From positions 186,001 through 250,000 of the forward strand of contig JAQGDQ010000047.1 of the NCBI GenBank assembly GCA_030141605.1: a stretch of DNA of 64,000 bases, written 5' to 3'. The notes under the pieces are model-generated. The model was not told the origin of the DNA, searched no databases, and saw only the letters and a program-made list of their open reading frames with translations. How positions within the stretch are numbered: the first letter of the stretch is position 1; the number at the start of each line of letters is the position of its first letter. This document shows positions 61,601 to 64,000 of the stretch, piece by piece. The translations under genes and the position numbers were made by a program. The DNA comes from Tubiluchus corallicola (lineage: Eukaryota > Animalia > Priapulida).

Positions 61601-62986
61601 TAAACTTGTACATAATTTTAGATGCCATAATTGTATCTTTTCATGTATGTATGTATCTTTTTGAATGCTATTTACTATTTTCAAGTTGTCCTGCTAGACT
61701 CAAGTGTAAAAGCACTTGGCAATTTCGCTTCGCCACAGTGTCCATATTCAATCGTGATTAGACTTCTGCTTAACCGCTGAAACTTACTTACTTCAAGTAT
61801 TAATTACTTCATTCTCGCAAAAGACGTGAAACTTGGTTGTCTTCACAGCAATGTACACATTTGAAATTTGCCAGAAAAAGTAAGTTATTTAATTTATCTA
61901 GCCATTTTATATAAAATGAACCACAAATTCATTTTGTAGGCATAATAATACGGTAAAAAAACTTCAATGTCTGTTGGGGTTATATTGGCCATTAACTATG
62001 AGGTTTCTATAACTACTTAATAGATACTTTGTTGATTATGATGTTGAACGAGTTGGGTGAATTAAGTGCCTTGTTTGTAACCTCGACGTCTTTTATAAGC
62101 CGTGTTTGTATGTTTTTGATTATATTAAATGTATAGTATTAATCTGCTCTACCTAAATGCATTTTTAATACTGATAAGCATTTTATAATGTTCTTCTTTC
62201 TTTGTTGGTAGTTTGAGAAAGATGTTAAAAATACCATTTGTTTAAATTTTCAATATTTCTTGTTGTACTTGGCAGATGCAACTTGTGATTTTGAAGCAAC
62301 TGACATCTGTAGTTATGAACACGACAACACAGGTGACTTCAACTGGATCCGACACAAGGGTCACACCGACTCCTCGGGCACTGGTCCAACTACAGACCAC
62401 ACTTATGGAACGACGTTTGGTAAGGGGTTAAATAGGAAACTGAATGAATATTAGATGTAGCAAACTTTTTTTGTAAAACATTCGTTATCGGGTGCAATGG
62501 CTATAAATGGATTTAAACTATGTGATTGTTGTGTTAAATATGTTATGAAGTACAAGTTAGTTAGCTACAGGCATTTTTGCTTTTGGCATAACTAATAAGT
62601 GCGCTAATCGTTATGAACTAAAACTTCTCTTAGATTACTTAGTCCAGTTGGTAAACTAAAATTTTCATAATTCACAAGTATCAAGGACATGGTTGAAAAT
62701 TTAAATCTCACTGGACATATAATTTCTAGGACATTACATGTACATTGAGACATCTGATGCACTGCCAGGCACGAAAGCTCGACTTATTTCTCCTCCGCAT
62801 CATCAAACTGACGGCCAGTGTTTGGTATTTTTCTACCACATGTATGGCATGCATGTCGATACTCTCAATATGTACATTAAGCTACAAGGTTTCAATCTTG
62901 GACTACCTGCTTGGACTATGACTGGTAATCAAGGTGACGTGTGGTACAAAGCAATGGTAGATGTGAAGACTGCAGCTTCATGGCAG
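7642..62986 (+). CDS. MALRD1-like: Giant MAM and LDL-receptor class A domain-containing protein (MALRD1/MLRP-like); 69 coding exons in window, 3' incomplete
   Basis: 69 exons with AG/GT boundaries join in compatible phases into a 10,821-nt (3,607-codon) stop-free frame. Repeated MAM motifs (CDFE..C.W, GP..DHT, GYY.YIE, C..FWYHMYG, GNQG..W, DIA.DDI) and LDLa motifs (CD...DC.D.SDE..C). Order: signal peptide, MAM1-3, LDLa1, MAM4, LDLa2, MAM5, LDLa3, MAM6-9, PT linker, MAM10-12, LDLa4, MAM13, LDLa5, MAM14, LDLa6, MAM15-18, PT linker, MAM19-20. Family assignment is clear; one-to-one orthology to vertebrate MALRD1 is not established. Confidence 0.93.
10406..10497 (+). mobile_element. 5S rRNA-related SINE-like fragment (copy 1)
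   Basis: TAAGCAGTACTGGATTTGGTTAGTTAAGTGGATGGGAAACCACCTGGAAAT aligns with the 5S internal control region TAAGCA......GGTTAGTACTTGGATGGG.GACCGCCTGGGAAT. The 5' part of 5S is absent. Confidence 0.65.
11462..11506 (+). CDS. exon 2, Ser/Thr/Pro linker
   Basis: TTTTGTTTTAG| 45 nt |GTAGGT; phase 1-1; [15 protein letters not shown]. Confidence 0.65.
13189..13335 (+). CDS. exon 3, MAM1
   Basis: phase 1-1; [14 protein letters not shown]...[11 protein letters not shown]. Confidence 0.92.
14851..14953 (+). CDS. exon 4, MAM1
   Basis: phase 1-2; GWYLYIDT...ARLKSP...YCINFW. Confidence 0.92.
15307..15463 (+). CDS. exon 5, MAM1
   Basis: phase 2-0; [14 protein letters not shown]...QGNMWK. Confidence 0.92.
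16313..16403 (+). CDS. exon 6, MAM1 end
   Basis: phase 0-1; FVFEALAG...[14 protein letters not shown]. Confidence 0.92.
16954..17094 (+). CDS. exon 7, MAM2
   Basis: phase 1-1; [12 protein letters not shown]...[10 protein letters not shown]; weak donor GTTCTT. Confidence 0.9.
17540..17793 (+). CDS. exon 8, MAM2
   Basis: phase 1-0; GYYMYIDSS...[10 protein letters not shown]...WQ. Confidence 0.93.
18156..18246 (+). CDS. exon 9, MAM2 end
   Basis: phase 0-1; LVFEATG...[15 protein letters not shown]. Confidence 0.92.
18781..18918 (+). CDS. exon 10, MAM3
   Basis: phase 1-1; [11 protein letters not shown]...GPGSDHT. Confidence 0.92.
19417..19513 (+). CDS. exon 11, MAM3
   Basis: phase 1-2; GFYMFVEPS...YCLSFW. 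Confidence 0.9.
19934..20087 (+). CDS. exon 12, MAM3
   Basis: phase 2-0; [13 protein letters not shown]...QGDQW. Confidence 0.92.
21213..21303 (+). CDS. exon 13, MAM3 end
   Basis: phase 0-1; VFITALK...[15 protein letters not shown]. Confidence 0.9.
21579..21692 (+). CDS. exon 14, LDLa1 (4-Cys variant)
   Basis: phase 1-1; [32 protein letters not shown]. Confidence 0.9.
21936..22076 (+). CDS. exon 15, MAM4
   Basis: phase 1-1; [11 protein letters not shown]...[10 protein letters not shown]. Confidence 0.9.
22435..22566 (+). CDS. exon 16, MAM4
   Basis: phase 1-1; GYSAAVV...[10 protein letters not shown]. Confidence 0.88.
22982..23121 (+). CDS. exon 17, MAM4
   Basis: phase 1-0; MSNPILQV...[10 protein letters not shown]. 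Confidence 0.85.
23256..23340 (+). CDS. exon 18, MAM4 end
   Basis: phase 0-1; LQFNVQK...[11 protein letters not shown]. Confidence 0.88.
23808..23927 (+). CDS. exon 19, LDLa2
   Basis: phase 1-1; [35 protein letters not shown]. Confidence 0.93.
23973..24092 (+). pseudogene. Annexin gene fragment (repeat III region) with its own splice donor, inside intron 19
   Basis: 23973-24086 reads [38 protein letters not shown], the annexin AGE..WGTDE..F..I....S..QLR signature. It is followed directly by the consensus donor CAG|GTGAGT. Confidence 0.85.
25549..25692 (+). CDS. exon 20, MAM5 (first Cys pair missing)
   Basis: phase 1-1; [11 protein letters not shown]...MEWRR...[10 protein letters not shown]. 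Confidence 0.88.
25786..25860 (+). repeat. GC-rich SINE-body-like fragment
   Basis: CTGGGTCCTCGCCGCCAAGG...CGTTCCCTCGTGTTTCGGAGG is a CpG-rich island in an AT-rich intron, reminiscent of invertebrate SINE body sequence. Family not confirmed. Confidence 0.35.
26201..26298 (+). CDS. exon 21, MAM5
   Basis: phase 1-0; GFYLVLN...TTKNCK. Confidence 0.88.
26317..26989. mobile_element. PIF/Harbinger-type MITE (673 bp)
   Basis: TIRs AGCCAGGGTTTCACGAGG and CCTCATGAAAGTCTTGCT (14/18 as inverted repeat). TAA on both sides (26314-16 and 26990-92). CpG-rich interior. Confidence 0.75.
27100..27264 (+). CDS. exon 22, MAM5
   Basis: phase 0-0; MRFFFYQYG...[10 protein letters not shown]. Confidence 0.9.
27696..27786 (+). 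CDS. exon 23, MAM5 end
   Basis: phase 0-1; IIIEAVLG...[12 protein letters not shown]. Confidence 0.9.
28553..28708 (+). CDS. exon 24, linker + LDLa3
   Basis: phase 1-1; [37 protein letters not shown]. Confidence 0.92.
29049..29186 (+). CDS. exon 25, MAM6
   Basis: phase 1-1; [11 protein letters not shown]...[10 protein letters not shown]. Confidence 0.92.
29275..29315 (+). mobile_element. 5S-related SINE-like fragment (copy 2, weak)
   Basis: CAAGCAATGCTGAGCCTAGTTAATAAATGGTGA resembles the copies at 32707 and 60110. Confidence 0.35.
29516..29656 (+). CDS. exon 26, MAM6
   Basis: phase 1-1; GSFMIVDG...[10 protein letters not shown]. Confidence 0.88.
30264..30397 (+). CDS. exon 27, MAM6
   Basis: phase 1-0; LVYLYLM...[10 protein letters not shown]. 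Confidence 0.88.
30547..30661 (+). CDS. exon 28, MAM6 end
   Basis: phase 0-1; LLFQGAT...[12 protein letters not shown]. Confidence 0.9.
30969..31106 (+). CDS. exon 29, MAM7
   Basis: phase 1-1; [12 protein letters not shown]...GPGSDHTTG. Confidence 0.92.
31863..32066 (+). CDS. exon 30, MAM7
   Basis: phase 1-1; GYYVYIETS...[10 protein letters not shown]. Confidence 0.92.
32221..32244. repeat. (CATTC)n pentanucleotide microsatellite
   Basis: CATTCCATTCCATTCCATTCCATT. Confidence 0.85.
32700..32820 (+). mobile_element. 5S-related SINE-like fragment (copy 3)
   Basis: GTTAAGTAACGCTCAGCTCGTTGGTAAATGGATCGATGACTGC, then AAAATTGCCTCCGGGCAATGTCA...TGGCTAAGA; colinear with 60110-60206. Confidence 0.55.
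33149..33292 (+). CDS. exon 31, MAM7 end
   Basis: phase 1-1; GNQWWHA...[16 protein letters not shown]. Confidence 0.92.
33950..34081 (+). CDS. exon 32, MAM8
   Basis: phase 1-1; [11 protein letters not shown]...GPATDHTT. Confidence 0.9.
34246..34351 (+). CDS. exon 33, MAM8
   Basis: phase 1-2; GYFAYID...GECLEFW. Confidence 0.9.
34709..34859 (+). CDS. exon 34, MAM8
   Basis: phase 2-0; [13 protein letters not shown]...RGNRW. Confidence 0.9.
35579..35813 (+). CDS. exon 35, MAM8 end / MAM9 start
   Basis: phase 0-1; AIFEG...LAIDDV...[10 protein letters not shown]...[10 protein letters not shown]. Confidence 0.93.
36362..36839. mobile_element. Degenerate Harbinger-like MITE
   Basis: Left AACCCGTCACACCGATG resembles the reverse complement of right CATCTGGTTTGATGTGGGCT. 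Internal inverted match GCCAGGTCT / AGACCTGGC. Confidence 0.45.
36978..37103 (+). CDS. exon 36, MAM9
   Basis: phase 1-1; [10 protein letters not shown]...[10 protein letters not shown]. Confidence 0.92.
37248..37289. repeat. GC-rich inverted repeat / hairpin in intron 36
   Basis: AGAGCAGGTTGCTGGG - 10-nt loop - CCCGGTAACCTGCTCT; 16-bp stem with two G-U pairs in the sense RNA. Confidence 0.75.
37807..37952 (+). CDS. exon 37, MAM9
   Basis: phase 1-0; TGKLSVYL...[10 protein letters not shown]. Confidence 0.88.
38162..38297 (+). CDS. exon 38, MAM9 end + Pro/Thr linker
   Basis: phase 0-1; VAFEATVG...[29 protein letters not shown]. Confidence 0.92.
38573..38725 (+). CDS. exon 39, MAM10
   Basis: phase 1-1; [13 protein letters not shown]...[10 protein letters not shown]. 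Confidence 0.92.
38858..39016 (+). CDS. exon 40, MAM10
   Basis: phase 1-1; GYYIYIEAS...[10 protein letters not shown]. Confidence 0.93.
39219..39407 (+). CDS. exon 41, MAM10 end
   Basis: phase 1-1; [12 protein letters not shown]...[15 protein letters not shown]. Confidence 0.92.
40032..40172 (+). CDS. exon 42, MAM11
   Basis: phase 1-1; [12 protein letters not shown]...[10 protein letters not shown]. Confidence 0.92.
40457..40710 (+). CDS. exon 43, MAM11
   Basis: phase 1-0; GHYMYTKAS...[10 protein letters not shown]...QGDQWYKA. Confidence 0.93.
41623..41854 (+). CDS. exon 44, MAM11 end / MAM12 start
   Basis: phase 0-1; VVFEG...DMAIDDV...[12 protein letters not shown]...GDHTYNGT. Confidence 0.93.
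42256..42481 (+). CDS. exon 45, MAM12
   Basis: phase 1-2; GWYIYADS...[10 protein letters not shown]...QGKTW. Confidence 0.92.
42646..43070. mobile_element. Tc1/mariner-like palindromic MITE (425 bp)
   Basis: Left CAGTGTCGTCCAGAAAA..CCCCAAA versus right TTTGGGG..TTTTCTGGAAGACCCTG|TA. Further internal inverted matches (CCACCAAGTGC/GCGCTTGGTGG, CCCACA/TGTGGG). The left TA site appears mutated. Confidence 0.7.
43218..43453 (+). CDS. exon 46, MAM12 end + LDLa4 (4-Cys variant)
   Basis: phase 2-1; [14 protein letters not shown]...[30 protein letters not shown]. Confidence 0.92.
44221..44311. repeat. ~48-bp tandem duplication in intron 46
   Basis: ATACAAAA..T.TCTG.CAG.GATTAGTGTTAGTAACTAACAGT occurs twice (44221-44264, 44269-44311). 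Confidence 0.85.
44917..45058 (+). CDS. exon 47, MAM13
   Basis: phase 1-2; [11 protein letters not shown]...[14 protein letters not shown]. Confidence 0.9.
45436..46152 (+). CDS. exon 48 (717 nt), MAM13 + LDLa5 + first half of MAM14
   Basis: phase 2-2; lies within the 248-aa ORF: [11 protein letters not shown]...GDIAIDD...[32 protein letters not shown]...CNFD...GPLFDHT. Confidence 0.95.
46257..46413 (+). CDS. exon 49, MAM14
   Basis: phase 2-0; FFYHMYG...[10 protein letters not shown]. Confidence 0.92.
47188..47422 (+). CDS. exon 50, MAM14 end + LDLa6
   Basis: phase 0-1; [13 protein letters not shown]...[37 protein letters not shown]. Confidence 0.93.
48070..48207 (+). CDS. exon 51, MAM15
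   Basis: phase 1-1; [11 protein letters not shown]...PPPYDHT. Confidence 0.9.
48521..48655 (+). CDS. exon 52, MAM15
   Basis: phase 1-1; GYYMFANG...[10 protein letters not shown]. Confidence 0.9.
49046..49179 (+). CDS. exon 53, MAM15
   Basis: phase 1-0; YLYFYMV...[10 protein letters not shown]. Confidence 0.9.
50153..50297 (+). CDS. exon 54, MAM15 end with Thr/Pro insert
   Basis: phase 0-1; [41 protein letters not shown]. Confidence 0.87.
50753..50893 (+). CDS. exon 55, MAM16
   Basis: phase 1-1; [12 protein letters not shown]...[10 protein letters not shown]; weak donor GTGGCC. Confidence 0.88.
51566..51766 (+). CDS. exon 56, MAM16
   Basis: phase 1-1; GYYMYIETS...[10 protein letters not shown]. 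Confidence 0.9.
51956..52008 (+). CDS. exon 57 (53 nt), MAM16
   Basis: phase 1-0; [18 protein letters not shown]. Confidence 0.85.
52500..52590 (+). CDS. exon 58, MAM16 end
   Basis: phase 0-1; [28 protein letters not shown]. Confidence 0.92.
52704..52841 (+). CDS. exon 59, MAM17
   Basis: phase 1-1; [11 protein letters not shown]...GPTVDHTT. Confidence 0.92.
53636..53892 (+). CDS. exon 60, MAM17
   Basis: phase 1-0; GYFAYVN...[10 protein letters not shown]...HGNAW. Confidence 0.92.
54406..55266. mobile_element. Non-autonomous hAT-type element (861 bp)
   Basis: Ends CAGCGTTGGATAGTAAC...TCAACACAG. 8-bp TSD CATAAAAG (54398-54405) / CTTAAAAG (55267-55274), 7/8 identical. GTAA/TTAC-rich subterminal repeats at both ends. 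Confidence 0.78.
55350..55587 (+). CDS. exon 61, MAM17 end / MAM18 start
   Basis: phase 0-1; AVFEAE...LAIDDVW...[12 protein letters not shown]...[10 protein letters not shown]. Confidence 0.93.
55704..55832 (+). CDS. exon 62, MAM18
   Basis: phase 1-1; [10 protein letters not shown]...[10 protein letters not shown]. Confidence 0.92.
55869..55986. repeat. Compound trinucleotide microsatellite (TAC/TAA/TGA/TGG)
   Basis: Runs of TAC, TAA, TGA, TGG/GCA, TGA and TAA in succession. Confidence 0.9.
56172..56951. mobile_element. Harbinger-like MITE with interrupted left TIR and internal (TG)n/(AG)n tract
   Basis: Left AGCCCTG[35-bp insert]TTTACACAATCCGATAAAATCAGATTTT versus right AAAATCTGATAGAAATCAGATCATGTGAACCGGGCT. 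Flanks TAA/TTA. TG and AG repeats at about 56562-56730. Confidence 0.68.
57427..57569 (+). CDS. exon 63, MAM18
   Basis: phase 1-0; IGRLTVYQV...[10 protein letters not shown]. Confidence 0.9.
58377..58512 (+). CDS. exon 64, MAM18 end + Pro/Thr linker
   Basis: phase 0-1; VVFEATVG...[28 protein letters not shown]. Confidence 0.92.
58974..59126 (+). CDS. exon 65, MAM19
   Basis: phase 1-1; [13 protein letters not shown]...[10 protein letters not shown]. Confidence 0.92.
59439..59597 (+). CDS. exon 66, MAM19
   Basis: phase 1-1; GWYIYIEVS...[10 protein letters not shown]. Confidence 0.93.
60080..60210 (+). mobile_element. SINE-like repeat with A-box-like head and 5S-related segment (copy 4)
   Basis: TAGCTAAGTGGT (pol III A-box-like), then ...CAGTAAATGGATGAGTGACTGC...AAAACTGCTTCTGAGTGATATCA...TGGCTAAGA; homologous to 32707-32820. 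Confidence 0.55.
60446..60637 (+). CDS. exon 67, MAM19 end
   Basis: phase 1-1; [16 protein letters not shown]...[15 protein letters not shown]. Confidence 0.92.
62276..62419 (+). CDS. exon 68, MAM20
   Basis: phase 1-1; [12 protein letters not shown]...[10 protein letters not shown]. Confidence 0.92.
62730..62986 (+). CDS. exon 69, MAM20 (gene continues beyond window)
   Basis: phase 1-0; GHYMYIETS...[10 protein letters not shown]...QGDVWYKA...WQ|GTAAGA. Confidence 0.93.
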
Positions 62987-64000
62987 GTAAGACATTGTGA
63001 CATTATGCAATCTTACTTTGGGGTAGTTCAGATAGCTAATCCTGAGACAGGCAAATATCACCAGAGACTGTTTTCAATCTTGTTTTACTGGCATCTGTTT
63101 CTGAGCCATGCTTCACTCGATCAGGAAGAGAGACTGATTGCTTTCCTAGATCTACTTAATTGAATTCCTGGTCGTGTACTCGGGAAAGGAAGATCACCCG
63201 ATGAGCGAGCCACTGTCATGAGTAAATGTTGTAACCAATTATCCCTATGCCTGTTAGGCGTGGACTATTCTTCTTATTAAGATTCTGCTTACAGTAGAAT
63301 TGACATTAAAAGCTTCATTGAATTTGGAACTTGTCACTTTTTCACCAATGGTCCATAACTGAAAGTTGTAAAGCAGAATCTTCTTGTTTTACCCATGTTT
63401 ATTATTTGTTTATTTATTTGTGTCCCTTTGTTTTTTTAATAACTCGCACGCACTGGGCTAGGTTTATAAAACTCATAGGACATACTCCCCAGTTAAGGGG
63501 ATTTTTATCTTTGTGTAACCTCATGTCAAAGGTCACAGAGCAAGCAGGGCTCCTTATTTTTCTTTAGGCTAGATTTCCTCCTACAGTGTTTGAGCTACGG
63601 CCACAATTTTTTGTATTTGGTTAGGTGATGTAGAGTTGTTATGCATGGCTCAATATGAGAGCCATTTGCCTATGGGAAGACTTTTTGCTAGCAGGCAAAA
63701 ACCAAAATCGAGGGGGTCGTGGACATCAATGCTTCCAGTTTTGAGTAACAATGTCGTGTAGTATATCAAATGAAAGGCCTTCATGAGTCGAATCAAATGA
63801 TATAAGCTTCGCTGATTTTGGTTGACGCTGGACCTCAATATCACGGGTTAAAGATAAGAAAATCCAATTTCAGTCTAGAAATGTTAGTAAACATCGTGGA
63901 GAAAAAACTTTCGCCTGGCTTGTTATAGGGAGTTTTTAAGGAAGTTTTATAGCTTTTTAGAAAGAGAAAGGTCTGGGCTACAAGATAATGAGTTTTTCCT

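Noticed and set aside
63550-64000. Repeat-like sequence at the window end (TATATCAAATGAAAGG...AAATGATATAAG)
   Set aside because: Resembles the interior of non-autonomous DNA elements, but no termini or TSD could be defined within the window.

Overview
AT-rich eukaryotic genomic DNA, most likely a marine invertebrate; the species cannot be determined from the sequence. From about 7.6 kb to the window end, the + strand carries one very large intron-rich gene for a secreted or cell-surface MAM and LDL-receptor class A domain protein (MALRD1/MLRP-like). I traced 69 GT-AG coding exons by hand (7642..62986, 10,821 nt, 3,607 codons, phase-consistent with no stops). They encode a signal peptide, 20 MAM domains (the last incomplete) and 6 LDLa modules, and the gene runs off the 3' end. 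The domains form a higher-order unit of 9 MAM + 3 LDLa, present twice with a third begun. The units differ sharply in intron content: a block of lost introns, and two introns displaced by 4-5 nt. The most unexpected item is a stop-free annexin-repeat coding fragment with a perfect splice donor inside intron 19. The first 7 kb and the introns hold transposon debris: a Penelope-like remnant with duplicated ends and decayed hammerhead-like motifs, a CR1/L2-type LINE RT pseudogene, a Helentron-type element nested in a foldback element, hAT, Harbinger and Tc1/mariner-like MITEs, and several copies of a 5S rRNA-related SINE-like repeat. No prokaryotic-type system, CRISPR array, intact tRNA or rRNA gene was found. 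All coordinates were read by eye and should be confirmed with RNA-seq or spliced alignment.
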